From sequence record OP380604.1: DNA of 64,000 bases; one strand, written 5' to 3'. A model generated the notes under the pieces. The model was not told where the DNA came from, did not search any database, and saw only the letters and a list, made by a program, of their open reading frames with translations. Positions 23,901 to 32,578 of the stretch are shown piece after piece. The translations under genes were made by a program, and so were the position numbers. Numbering within the stretch: position 1 is the first letter of the stretch; the number at the start of each line of letters is the position of its first letter.

Positions 23901-24602
23901 GGAACCGGTGGTATCGCTGCTAACATGATCTTGCGTTACGGCTTCAAGATTATTCCTAGCAAGGATTCATCTGTTGTTGGACGTATGCTTGGTGACGGGA
24001 TTTACTTTAGTAACAAGATTGATAAGATCTTGCAATACGTTGGTAACTCCGGTTATGGACGTCAAGCTGGTACCCGTGGGTATGTTTTCGAAATGGAATC
24101 TATTCTGGGTCAGCCTATCAAGGATTATCGTTCTGCTGGTGTGCCTAATGCAACATCAAAATCAAACGTAATCAGTCCAGAATGGGCAGTGTTTAGTCCA
24201 GAAAAACAACTGCGAATTCTAAAATGCTATGAGGTTGAACTGAATCGATACGACAAGTTCAAAGCATATCAAGAGAAAATGAAGGGAACATTGGAAGAAA
24301 GTAAAACAATGAAGTTCGGTGAACTACTTACCGAAGCCAAGCGTTCCGGTGTTCAAGATTATATCGTGTATTCTTTCCGAGGCGGCGAATTGCCGAGATT
24401 GAAGAACGGACGTCTTGAGTACGTGGAACCCAAGAAAGTCGATTTCCCTTCTGGGATCAAAATCGAAGGTGGCAACGAGGATGACGGATACGTTCGTGTC
24501 TATATCCCAGCCAAGCGCACAGAGTACCGCGAGTATTCAGCGTGTAAGAAGCTGAAAGGCAAAGAGTTGAAAGACTATCTGAAACTCACCGAACAGCTAT
24601 AA
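20964..24602 (+). CDS. Large Alt-like, probably virion-packaged protein with C-terminal PARP-type (H-Y-E) ADP-ribosyltransferase domain
   Basis: FHGTG..ILRYGF (His 23898), GRMLGDGIYFS (Tyr 24003), SPEWAVF (Glu 24180); acidic linker. Confidence 0.8.
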   Translation: MLTTKQLFERQEEEEYQRFLAENTMYDAASKATFVDDETAIMNAFMFNFIGILGSFNAARQMNHLSSLRKYERYFKSDGQLMLKNIGDDNHNISLVLKLMADKKMFISDAKVSEMTRFLVKCKAGVINTVDDDIVRGWVANIKSTALMNLHPKLRELMNKFKTGAISLIDTSKELRRVLKKFPEAGEDLWTVSMYVKYARLAGVNTVTVGTAAGAGVTSNVGDDDDDDKNDNVAQVHASPDVNDVTDDAAPSVQDEPVAVPVQPDYLTYDHEAGLLQFISSQIEKCVDSDTGLRGLQAMSQLAYPTVSNQGHMVTGFEFDLTDEEQVEIHNKWRQRYVYTVTQLTEIGKRIAAFLFMDNSTGVYAIEEALELKNVEFLRNNISFFRGLKEKYGILGNQIPYSAYQTMAMTFGNIKSDPTCWLFGFNTTDVALEITSGKLGKAMLDHYKGNNGDSIVIGILGYMREMSPTIRQMYFNCLLEVISTAYVYMMSYSSYLSDAFKSLLFDGSFADMIGWDTVTSYVLERYKQVYPPYKWDSWNANSKVSLCRHGLEFLLTPANKANADFSFINDHWTKLYALDDADFVDTIKRVKDSYKGSVEYPLENMDAADVSMIAKCVIRALELGIIFPNRVNAMAYNMVPSMKQRVRDALDAYITKDTSVGSSWEEQENALMSAAFIHGESDVAAGAEYVINKIKGTPNAGAKTRIFFMSNRGTMPEYRQKIFLGGYRALGKDLDIYDLGINKNSKYDNLYSAFLKYYDFEGEDAVEFMKLEVKNGFKFFNAENGKSISVRDHKQGMQQALVDIMTDAVETDPAITDIFFDNLETYYRGKVRDQLAAIKFVYGQVLEGPINLFDKLDRRRVKQMFEFNEINPTELVKQAKIKLGKNEKFTDYIKRVEAEAAKGDGVVPKVKAVDDNITNEQKYLIGKHLIDNYYAGKHGNVYPLILRSMTVSFPDGEFKKFMQEQIDAGKLEQVVPCFHGTGGIAANMILRYGFKIIPSKDSSVVGRMLGDGIYFSNKIDKILQYVGNSGYGRQAGTRGYVFEMESILGQPIKDYRSAGVPNATSKSNVISPEWAVFSPEKQLRILKCYEVELNRYDKFKAYQEKMKGTLEESKTMKFGELLTEAKRSGVQDYIVYSFRGGELPRLKNGRLEYVEPKKVDFPSGIKIEGGNEDDGYVRVYIPAKRTEYREYSACKKLKGKELKDYLKLTEQL

Positions 24603-24606
24603 AAAT

Positions 24607-24632
24607 AAAAGGCACCTTCGGGTGCCTTTTTT
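24607..24632 (+). terminator. Intrinsic terminator
   Basis: AAAAGGCACC-TTCG-GGTGCCTTTTTT. Confidence 0.9.
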
Positions 24633-24633
24633 G

Positions 24634-24661
24634 TTGACAGCAAGGATCAGCCTGTTATGAT
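24634..24661 (+). promoter_or_regulatory. Early promoter
   Basis: TTGACA-N16-TATGAT, leader GTCCACATCGAAAC. Confidence 0.8.
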
Positions 24662-24715
24662 GTCCACATCGAAACAACGCGACTCGTCGCAAAACAAAAC
24701 ACTGAGGAAAACATC

Positions 24716-25018
24716 ATGGACATGGCAATTCAAGCACAATTCGACGCAATCGCAAAGCAGTTTAATGTGAATCGTGATGCTCTGGAGCGTATGACAAACG
24801 GTGTTGTATCTCGTATCAAATACTTCGGTATTGAGAAGTTCAAGAAACTCCCAGAAGCCGAACAACGTGTTATTCTTAGTGAAGCTGTTGCCCACTGGTT
24901 CCACGCTCAACAGAAGATCACCAACGATTATCTGATGAACAAGAACGGCTGCCGCGAAAAGCTGCAAAAGCAAGTCTGGAAAGAAATCCAGAAGCAGCAG
25001 AAAAAAGTTCAAAAATAA
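24716..25018 (+). CDS. Hypothetical protein
   Basis: 100 aa, TGAGG RBS. Confidence 0.75.
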   Translation: MDMAIQAQFDAIAKQFNVNRDALERMTNGVVSRIKYFGIEKFKKLPEAEQRVILSEAVAHWFHAQQKITNDYLMNKNGCREKLQKQVWKEIQKQQKKVQK

Positions 25019-25020
25019 GT

Positions 25021-25049
25021 TTGACATAAATCGGAGGCCATGTAATAAT
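25021..25049 (+). promoter_or_regulatory. Early promoter with inverted repeat around -10
   Basis: TTGACA..TAATAAT; arms GAGGCCAT/ATGGCCTC. Confidence 0.75.
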
Positions 25050-25089
25050 GGCCTCATTGAAACAAAGCAATCACTCTGAGGAAAACATC

Positions 25090-25443
25090 ATGAATCAAGC
25101 TCTGGTAGAACAAGTAAAATCCAAGATTGACCCGCGTCTGGTAGAGTATGTTCGAGTTAGATCGCGTAAATCTCTGGGCGAAGAAATCATGGAAGTGATC
25201 ATGGTTGGTGCTAAGATCGGTTGTTCTGATCTTGAGTTTTTCAACAATCGTTGGGCGCATTTCATGCTTCACGCCGGTGAAACCAAGTTCGAATCTCTTT
25301 GTGGTGATTGTAAGTGGAAATCTGGTGTTAAGTTTCCGGTTCTGCGGAAACAAAAGTCCCGTGAGTTGGCTTGTGACAAAATCGTGGACTTTGTTAATAA
25401 GAATGCACAGGCGTTTATTGACTGTTACAAACTAGAGGTATAA
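25090..25443 (+). CDS. Hypothetical protein
   Basis: TGAGG RBS, ATG 25090. Confidence 0.75.
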   Translation: MNQALVEQVKSKIDPRLVEYVRVRSRKSLGEEIMEVIMVGAKIGCSDLEFFNNRWAHFMLHAGETKFESLCGDCKWKSGVKFPVLRKQKSRELACDKIVDFVNKNAQAFIDCYKLEV

Positions 25444-25772
25444 TGACTACAATCGATATCATGGGAATCGTTGCGGCAGTTATTCTTGCCGCAATATTGT
25501 TAATGTGTGCTATCGTTGAGTTTGTCTCCTATCGTCGTATCAGAAAGAGTTGGGATATCATCCAACACAATCTTATGAAACATGGAGTACAGCTCAAAAA
25601 GGTACACAAAGTCCGTTTCGTGTTTACCAACGGCGAAAGAATCAGCCGAGATCTATATCCGTCTGAGGTAATGCTGTTCTGGCGAAAATGTGAATACGGA
25701 GAAAAGTTCGAAGAACACACCGTTCCTTTGAGCGATAAACCGGTTACGTCTGATCTATTCACTGTGAGGTAA
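25443..25772 (+). CDS. Membrane-anchored hypothetical protein
   Basis: N-terminal TM segment. Confidence 0.7.
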   Translation: MTTIDIMGIVAAVILAAILLMCAIVEFVSYRRIRKSWDIIQHNLMKHGVQLKKVHKVRFVFTNGERISRDLYPSEVMLFWRKCEYGEKFEEHTVPLSDKPVTSDLFTVR

Positions 25773-25776
25773 TAAA

Positions 25777-26154
25777 ATGGCTTATGTTGCCGCGATGATC
25801 ACAATTATTTTTGTTGCAATTATCGCTTTTGCTATCTGGATCTCAGACTTGATCAAAAAGCGTCGTAGCGAAAAAGCAACCAATCGACGTATTTGGATCA
25901 AACAACATTTCAATGAAATTGTTGATGCTTTCCAAAAGAAAGGAATCACTATTCGCCTTTATGACCACTACGGAATTCCAAAAGTGCCGACTGATAGCAC
26001 TCACGGATATGATTTCGTTAGTTCAGACGGAAAACAAACCAGAGTATTGACTATTCCTGAATTTTACGATATCCTGCAACAGGCAGAGAAATCCAACGAC
26101 GTTCATAAACTGATCTTTGGCAAGTATCTGTACAGGCAGTTTAATGTCAAGTAG
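25777..26154 (+). CDS. Membrane-anchored hypothetical protein
   Basis: N-terminal TM segment. Confidence 0.7.
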   Translation: MAYVAAMITIIFVAIIAFAIWISDLIKKRRSEKATNRRIWIKQHFNEIVDAFQKKGITIRLYDHYGIPKVPTDSTHGYDFVSSDGKQTRVLTIPEFYDILQQAEKSNDVHKLIFGKYLYRQFNVK

Positions 26155-26371
26155 GTATCAGGACATTAGTGCGCCCTCTAAGGAGGGCGTTTTGCGTAAC
26201 TTTGAGCTAATGCTACAGGGTCAAGATTTCAGCCAGAAATATATCCCTGTTTACGCAAGCACAGAAACAAAAATAATGAAAAATCCACTTGTAACTCCTC
26301 GTCCTGTTGTGATAAGATCCAATACATCAAGTGACATGAGAGACGAAGACGTATGGTGGCGAAAGGATTAA
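26144..26371 (+). CDS. Hypothetical protein
   Basis: 75 aa, tiling. Confidence 0.55.
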   Translation: MSSRYQDISAPSKEGVLRNFELMLQGQDFSQKYIPVYASTETKIMKNPLVTPRPVVIRSNTSSDMRDEDVWWRKD

Positions 26372-26489
26372 ATGCAATCTGGGTGTTACTGATTGTTCTT
26401 AACTTTGTGATCTGGGCCATGGTCGGAAGCAACGACTTTATGATCATGGTCTTCAAATCAATTTTACCTGTACTGGAGTGGCTTGAAAT

Positions 26490-26816
26490 ATGAAAAAGTT
26501 TGCCGTAATTGCTCTTGCATTCGCTCTGATGGGATGCGATACTGTAACAACTGAGACCACGAACGCATATCAAATGCCGAGTGGTCTGACAGGGTGTAAA
26601 GTGTTTTATCTGCGATCAAAATCGGATCAAAACCTGTATGTGACTCGTTGCCCTGAAACAACATCAACTCATTGGGATGTGAATCATGGCAAATCAAAAT
26701 CACATTACGATTCAACTGCCGATAACTATGATCCGAATGCTGAGACTTTGGAACAAGCAATCGAGCGACTGAACAAAAACTTGGCTGAACTCTATCAACA
26801 GAAGGCAATGCAATAA
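26490..26816 (+). CDS. Putative lipoprotein
   Basis: MKKFAVIALAFALMGC lipobox. Confidence 0.75.
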   Translation: MKKFAVIALAFALMGCDTVTTETTNAYQMPSGLTGCKVFYLRSKSDQNLYVTRCPETTSTHWDVNHGKSKSHYDSTADNYDPNAETLEQAIERLNKNLAELYQQKAMQ

Positions 26817-27175
26817 TGAACGTTATCGAAATTGGTGCCAAAGAATACGCGATTTTTATTTTGGTTTTGTTTTTCTTTTCAATCGTGTGTCGTATTATCT
26901 ATGTTAGGATTATGAACTATCTGGATCGCGATTCATTTTTGAATAAGCTCCCCGTTGTGAATAAGAATTTGCTCAAATATGGGATTCAAATTCATGAGCA
27001 AGAGAAAGATTTCGTTTTTCTTGGCTGGGGAAGAACTACTGGACCAATGTCAGTTAGTCAAGCAAAACGATTCATGCTTGCGCTCGGACGAGACGAAGAA
27101 CTTGTGGTAGATTACTACAAAGAAAGCTCAAGTGTAATTAAAAAGAGTGTTGATTTCTTTAAGGAAACAGAATGA
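26816..27175 (+). CDS. Membrane-anchored hypothetical protein
   Basis: N-terminal TM segment. Confidence 0.7.
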   Translation: MNVIEIGAKEYAIFILVLFFFSIVCRIIYVRIMNYLDRDSFLNKLPVVNKNLLKYGIQIHEQEKDFVFLGWGRTTGPMSVSQAKRFMLALGRDEELVVDYYKESSSVIKKSVDFFKETE

Positions 27176-28125
27176 AAACTTTGATGAAAACTGTATTCGG
27201 CTCGCACCTGTACGGGCTGAGTACCCCGACTTCGGATCGAGATTATAAAGGAATCTTTATCCCTACTCCCCGAGAAATCGTACTGGGTGGGAGAGAAGTC
27301 TACAACGAATCAACCGGCGGCAAAGGCAAGAATACCGTTGATGATATCGATACCGAAATGATGTCCTTGCGTCAGTTCTTGAGACTCGCAAGCAAGGGCG
27401 AAACTATGTGCATTGATATGTTGCATAGTAATCAACTACTGGAGACTTCCAAGCACTGGGAATATATCCACGAAAATCGATCGATGTTCTATACCACGAA
27501 AATGGATGCATTCTTGGGATACTGCCGAAAGCAAGCTACCAAGTACGGTGTCAAGGGTACTCGCTTAGCCGCTTTGGAACGAGTTATGGCAGTAGTCAAA
27601 GCAGTACCACAAGGCGAACGTGGCTACCGTCTGTTCAGCTTCGTTGGACGGCTTCCTATCGATGAATTCACGTTCCCCGGAGCGGAGATCTCTCGAACTG
27701 GCGAGCTTGTTAGCTTCTATGAAGTGCTGGGGCGCAAGTATCTGTATGGCATCAAGTTCACCGAGTTTGAACAACAGATCACGAAGATCTGGGAAGAATA
27801 CGGTGATCGCGCTAAGAAAGCGAAAGAAGAAGTCGGTGTGGACTGGAAAGCACTTTCTCATGCCGTCCGTGGTGGCGAGCAACTGCTTGAAATCTATCGG
27901 ACTGGTGATCTGAAATTCCCGTTGAAACATCGTGAATTTATTCTTGACATTAAGTTAGGAAAGCGTAGTTTGGTAGATGAAGTTAATCCTTATCTTGAAC
28001 AACTCATGAATGACGTGGAAGCGGAAATCGTTATTGCCAAGAAAAACGGTATGCGCGAATCCGTGGACAAGGAATTCTGGGATAATTTCCTTTATGCTGT
28101 TTATGTAGAGGAAATCAACAAATGA
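27172..28125 (+). CDS. Pol-beta-superfamily nucleotidyltransferase (RlaP / T4 NrdC.11-like)
   Basis: VFGSHLYGLSTPTSDRDYKGIF; WKALSHAVR..QLLEIY.TGDL.FPL. Confidence 0.85.
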   Translation: MKTLMKTVFGSHLYGLSTPTSDRDYKGIFIPTPREIVLGGREVYNESTGGKGKNTVDDIDTEMMSLRQFLRLASKGETMCIDMLHSNQLLETSKHWEYIHENRSMFYTTKMDAFLGYCRKQATKYGVKGTRLAALERVMAVVKAVPQGERGYRLFSFVGRLPIDEFTFPGAEISRTGELVSFYEVLGRKYLYGIKFTEFEQQITKIWEEYGDRAKKAKEEVGVDWKALSHAVRGGEQLLEIYRTGDLKFPLKHREFILDIKLGKRSLVDEVNPYLEQLMNDVEAEIVIAKKNGMRESVDKEFWDNFLYAVYVEEINK

Positions 28126-28361
28126 GCCAGGACGCACTTCATCAAGACGAATTGATCGAGCAACGAGAAAACTGGTATCATCGTGGTGACAATAGTCTGA
28201 CTAGATCTATTCGCATCCCGAAAACCCATAAAATCACGAAAAAAGAGTTGACATTGGAAGACATTAGTCTTATCATAAAAGCTCTTGATATCTCGATATC
28301 AGACAATCACCCGCTTTTTGAAAAAGCTAAACAACAAGGACTATTCGATGTATCCGTTTGA
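28122..28361 (+). CDS. Hypothetical protein
   Basis: 79 aa; ends QQGLFDVSV. Confidence 0.7.
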   Translation: MSQDALHQDELIEQRENWYHRGDNSLTRSIRIPKTHKITKKELTLEDISLIIKALDISISDNHPLFEKAKQQGLFDVSV

Positions 28362-28581
28362 AAATGGAGATCGGGTTGAAGTTGAACTCGTCTCCGGTAA
28401 AGTCGGCAACGTTCAAAAGTTTAAATGTACCGTTGTCGGTTTAGGAACCAATCATGAAATTCCATTTCTCGGTTACGGGTTTATTGTAAAAGTGGACCCG
28501 GGTCAAGACTGGGAAGATATCACCGGATTTGGCTCTGACTATACAATCTCGTATAGCCGTTATATGACGGAGTTACTGTAA
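28348..28581 (+). CDS. Hypothetical SH3-like protein
   Basis: AAGGA RBS, ATG 28348. Confidence 0.6.
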   Translation: MYPFENGDRVEVELVSGKVGNVQKFKCTVVGLGTNHEIPFLGYGFIVKVDPGQDWEDITGFGSDYTISYSRYMTELL

Positions 28582-28629
28582 GGACGATTGGTTTGATTTT
28601 CTTCATCGACCGTCAACTATAGTAACGAT

Positions 28630-28848
28630 ATGGATTTTTACGATAGTGTTTGCAATCTTCTGGAGCTAATGTATAATCAACATAAGTTCCTAGTCTTAAC
28701 GTTTCTTGTTATACCGTTAGCAATCGCGAAAAAGTTGTTGACAGTTGCAATCGAGCGACGTATACTGGAAACGTTAAGTAAACATGGTGACAACAAGATC
28801 TTAATCATAATGCTGATACTTGTTGTTGCTTTATTCTCAATCAACTAA
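28630..28848 (+). CDS. Small membrane protein
   Basis: Two hydrophobic segments. Confidence 0.55.
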   Translation: MDFYDSVCNLLELMYNQHKFLVLTFLVIPLAIAKKLLTVAIERRILETLSKHGDNKILIIMLILVVALFSIN

Positions 28849-28862
28849 GAGGTAATACCTTG

Positions 28863-29537
28863 ATGTCCAAAAACTTTATTCACAGTGTAATCATTGGCTT
28901 GGCCGTAGCTGCTGCATCTTTCGGCTGTACTCAAGCACAAGCTTCCGATCTGACCGAAGCTGCCGCTCAAGTTCAATTTGAAAAGATCTATGTAGAGCGC
29001 AACGTCTCTACCGATGTTTCCGAATACGGTGCTTCCGTTGCTCTGCCTGACTCCTACTTCCTGGAAGTCAAACACGACACTACCAAGCACACTGCCGGTA
29101 CTCTGGGCAAGACAATTCAGATCTCTGATGATTTTGCCTTTGTTCCTAGTGCTGAATACGGCATCTATGAAGGTGATGTGAATACCGATCATGAAACTTA
29201 CTTCCAGGGCATCGTTGAATACATGCCGTTCGCCAAACTGTATTCCTACGCTGGCGCTGGTTATAGCTTCATGAACGAAGGTCAAGACTATAGCAAGATC
29301 AAAGCTGGTGTGAGTTATGAAATTCACCCCGAAATGACTGTAGGCTATAACTTTACCCGTAAAACCCAACATGAACGTACCGATTTCTCTCTGGGTCTTC
29401 CGACTTCCAATGAACACGAAATCGCTATGACTCTGACTGGCGAGCTGTTCCAGCCCTATGTTAAACTGCGCCACACTGTAACTACCGGTGTTGGCTATGA
29501 TAACTCTGCTGTTGCTGGTATCGCACTGGTATTCTGA
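28863..29537 (+). CDS. Outer-membrane beta-barrel protein
   Basis: Signal peptide, amphipathic strands (YAGAGYSF, IKAGVSYEI, VGYNFT), C-terminal Phe (AGIALVF). Confidence 0.75.
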   Translation: MSKNFIHSVIIGLAVAAASFGCTQAQASDLTEAAAQVQFEKIYVERNVSTDVSEYGASVALPDSYFLEVKHDTTKHTAGTLGKTIQISDDFAFVPSAEYGIYEGDVNTDHETYFQGIVEYMPFAKLYSYAGAGYSFMNEGQDYSKIKAGVSYEIHPEMTVGYNFTRKTQHERTDFSLGLPTSNEHEIAMTLTGELFQPYVKLRHTVTTGVGYDNSAVAGIALVF

Positions 29538-29662
29538 TAACGTGAAGGGGTAGAAAATACCCCTCACAAAAAGCTTGTTTTGTGTCTAAAGATATGAGAC
29601 AATCTTTTTGTGATAAGAAATCACAAACAAAACACAATCAATCAATGAAGGGAGCCTTCAAA

Positions 29663-31108
29663 ATGAACGTATTTAAATCTAACCTGTGTACTTCCACCGA
29701 CTCTTACAAAATCACTCATCCATGGCAGTTCCCACAAGGCACTGACGCCGCGAGTTTCTATGCTGAACCCCGCGTCGATGATAACGTGATGTTGTCTGGT
29801 CTTCACTTTGTTGCGCGTGTCTTGGAGCAAGGCATTACCGTCGCTGACGTAACTCGCGCTAACATGCTTTACAAATCACATTTCGGTCGCGATGTATTCG
29901 CCTATGACATGTGGATGAAAATTGCAACTGAACGTGGTGGTAAGCTGCCGGTTAATATGTACGGTGTAAAAGACGGACAAGTTATCCCAGGTCGCAATGC
30001 AACTATGGTTGTTGAAACTTTCGGTCCTGAATTCAGCATTGGTGGGCATCTGGAAACTTTCCTGTTGCGTGGTCACTGGTATCCGAGTTCTGTTGCCACT
30101 CTGAGTTTCAAAATCAAGAAGCTTTGCAAAAAGTATCTTAAAGAAACCTCAGATCTGGAAGGTGCTGATTTTGACTTTGTTCTGAAAACTCGCCTGCACG
30201 ATTTTGGTGCTCGCGGCGCGACTTGCGAACAAGCAGCAAAACTGGGTGGCCTGGCGCACCTGATCAACTTTATCGGTACCGATACCGTTGAAGCTCTGAT
30301 TCTGGCACAAGATATCTACAATCTTGCCCATGATATCGCTGTTGGTATCAGTATTCCGGCGCGTGAGCATAGCACTACCATCTGCTACGGCGATGAAGGT
30401 ATTCTGACTCCCGAACAGGAAGATGAAGCATTCTGGAACAGCATTCGTCAATGGGGTGACGGTGTTTATGCTGTAGTTGCCGATTCTATTGACTACAAAT
30501 CTGCCGTTGATCGTCTGACTACCGGTGAATTCAAGCGTGAGATTCTAGCGCGTGGCGGTACTTGCGTGATTCGTCCTGACTCCGGTGACATGTTCGATAA
30601 TATCGGCTATGCTCTGGAGACTATCTCGAAAAACGTTGGTTTCACTGTGAATAGCAAAGGCTATAAAGTTCTGCATGGTAGCTACCGAGTAATCCAAGGT
30701 GACGGTCTGAGTTCTGATAAGGATATCGAAGCCTGCTTGAAGTTCATCAAAGAACTGGGTTATAGTGTTGAAAACGTTGCTTTCGGTATGGGTGGTGGTC
30801 TGTTGCAGAAGTGCGACCGTGACACTCAGAAGTGGGCTTACAAATGCTCTGCGATTCGCGTAAACGGTAAATGGCGTGGTGTTCGTAAGAACCCGAAAGA
30901 TGCAGCATGGAAAGCTTCTAAAGCTGGTCGTATGCGTCTTGTCAAGATCGACGGTGAATATAAGACTGTCAACGTACTGGACCCGCGATTTGCACAGTAT
31001 GAACACAGTAACGAATATGTTACTTATCTCATGGACGGTGTTTGCGCTCATAGCTACACCAAATCACTGTTTGATGAAGCTCGCGCACGTTCTGACGAAC
31101 AAGCGTAA
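29663..31108 (+). CDS. nadV: Nicotinamide phosphoribosyltransferase
   Basis: TDSYKITH, LHDFGARG, SIPAREHST, IRPDSGD, VIQGDG, FGMGGGLLQKCDRDTQKWAYK. Confidence 0.93.
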   Translation: MNVFKSNLCTSTDSYKITHPWQFPQGTDAASFYAEPRVDDNVMLSGLHFVARVLEQGITVADVTRANMLYKSHFGRDVFAYDMWMKIATERGGKLPVNMYGVKDGQVIPGRNATMVVETFGPEFSIGGHLETFLLRGHWYPSSVATLSFKIKKLCKKYLKETSDLEGADFDFVLKTRLHDFGARGATCEQAAKLGGLAHLINFIGTDTVEALILAQDIYNLAHDIAVGISIPAREHSTTICYGDEGILTPEQEDEAFWNSIRQWGDGVYAVVADSIDYKSAVDRLTTGEFKREILARGGTCVIRPDSGDMFDNIGYALETISKNVGFTVNSKGYKVLHGSYRVIQGDGLSSDKDIEACLKFIKELGYSVENVAFGMGGGLLQKCDRDTQKWAYKCSAIRVNGKWRGVRKNPKDAAWKASKAGRMRLVKIDGEYKTVNVLDPRFAQYEHSNEYVTYLMDGVCAHSYTKSLFDEARARSDEQA

Positions 31109-31112
31109 AAAT

Positions 31113-31138
31113 AAAAGCCACCTTCGGGTGGCTTTTTT
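31113..31138 (+). terminator. Intrinsic terminator
   Basis: AAAAGCCACC-TTCG-GGTGGCTTTTTT. Confidence 0.9.
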
Positions 31139-31139
31139 G

Positions 31140-31167
31140 TTGACACATGGTATGGACCTGATAATAT
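31140..31167 (+). promoter_or_regulatory. Early promoter
   Basis: TTGACA-N16-TAATAT, leader GCCACATCGAAAC. Confidence 0.8.
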
Positions 31168-31195
31168 AGCCACATCGAAACGTGAGGAACTAATC

Positions 31196-31519
31196 ATGAC
31201 CATAATCAACATCAACGAAACAATCAAAACTAATGACGGTATGAATGTAAAGCTGTGGGATCTGCGTGTTGAACGTGGAGACATCGTTGAATGTATGACA
31301 CCAGAAGGTCCTAGTGATGATTTTCAATGTCATATCGTTATGTATAGTGGTTTCATGATGGACGAATTCCGCTTGAATCATACCTTTATTGGTAAGATTG
31401 TTCATGCCGAAGATGATAGCTATTATATGAATGCTCATTCAGTTGCTACCAAGTTTCTGGAAAAGATTCTTGCTAAAGGTGAGATTGATATCAACAACTG
31501 GACTTGCGTTAAACGCTGA
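31196..31519 (+). CDS. Hypothetical protein
   Basis: 107 aa, GAGG RBS. Confidence 0.75.
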   Translation: MTIININETIKTNDGMNVKLWDLRVERGDIVECMTPEGPSDDFQCHIVMYSGFMMDEFRLNHTFIGKIVHAEDDSYYMNAHSVATKFLEKILAKGEIDINNWTCVKR

Positions 31520-31527
31520 GGTGTATT

Positions 31528-31794
31528 ATGAAAAAGTCATTCATGGAAATTGTTGTTGAGTCTCTTGCCAAAGAAGGCAAAACTTTCTCTGGCACTCATG
31601 TTTCACAAGACAAAGACGGCACTTTGAACTTCTTTACCGAGCGTCCAAAGCGTAAGTTGAAAACACACTTCTGGGATACCAAGTTCGGTAGCGTTGATTC
31701 TGTTGCTGGTGTTGAACTGCACGTAAGTTGGCACAAAAACGTAATTTCTTTGGATTCTTTTAATCATTATATTGCGCATCGTTCTGAACTCTGA
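31528..31794 (+). CDS. Hypothetical protein
   Basis: 88 aa, GAGG RBS. Confidence 0.7.
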   Translation: MKKSFMEIVVESLAKEGKTFSGTHVSQDKDGTLNFFTERPKRKLKTHFWDTKFGSVDSVAGVELHVSWHKNVISLDSFNHYIAHRSEL

Positions 31795-31828
31795 TACAAT
31801 CACTTTATCAAATCAAGAGGACGTTATC

Positions 31829-32014
31829 ATGAAATTTTACCCATTCGTATCCGCTGCTGGTATCTCTCGCGTTGACTATACCGTTTCTTATGCAACTGCG
31901 GAAGAAGCTGTTGATGCCGCTCGCAATATCATGATTGGCAATATGCGGAAGTGGAAACATTTCGGATACTACTCTGCTGGTAAAACTGTTGTGACCGGAG
32001 ATAGACTGATCTAA
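31829..32014 (+). CDS. Hypothetical protein
   Basis: GAGG RBS, ATG 31829. Confidence 0.65.
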   Translation: MKFYPFVSAAGISRVDYTVSYATAEEAVDAARNIMIGNMRKWKHFGYYSAGKTVVTGDRLI

Positions 32015-32295
32015 TGTATGAGAATAAACAGATCAAAACAGAAACAAAGGTAACGAGAATAAAGAATCGATACCATGTTAGACTGTTTGTGAATGACAAG
32101 CTCTATGATGAAATGGCTTGCGAGTTCAGATTGGATATCGGATTGTGTTGTCGTAAGATGATGCGATGGCTAGACAAACTGGGCTTCAATAGCGAACATG
32201 CAACTGCCGTTAGACGCCGTATGTGGGACAGTGAACGGTATAAACAAACCAGCGTTGGTAAACTATGGTATATAGGACTGAAAAATGCAAATTGA
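32014..32295 (+). CDS. Hypothetical protein
   Basis: 93 aa, TAATG coupling. Confidence 0.7.
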   Translation: MYENKQIKTETKVTRIKNRYHVRLFVNDKLYDEMACEFRLDIGLCCRKMMRWLDKLGFNSEHATAVRRRMWDSERYKQTSVGKLWYIGLKNAN

Positions 32296-32578
32296 TCTGA
32301 TGAAACTGTACCTACAACTGAAAGAGCGTCAAATGACTGCCGACTATCAGTTGCAAAGCATTCGTAAAATCGAGGTGGAGAAAGACGCTCATACAGTTAA
32401 TGGTAAACTGTCCCGCGAGGGCGTGAAGATCCTCAATCGATTGGACGATATTTACGCACATCGAATGAATGTAACTGTGCCAGAACTCGCACAAGCCAAG
32501 CGTGATTTTTACAACGCATCGCTTGAGCATATGGAATCCACTCTTACCATTTTGAAAGGACGAAAAAATGAAATCTGA
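32285..32578 (+). CDS. Hypothetical protein
   Basis: 97 aa. Confidence 0.7.
   Translation: MQIDLMKLYLQLKERQMTADYQLQSIRKIEVEKDAHTVNGKLSREGVKILNRLDDIYAHRMNVTVPELAQAKRDFYNASLEHMESTLTILKGRKNEI

Noticed and set aside
20964-24602. Gene symbol alt
   Set aside because: Catalytic motifs are H-Y-E (PARP class), not the R-S-E of T4 Alt; only an analogy is supportable.
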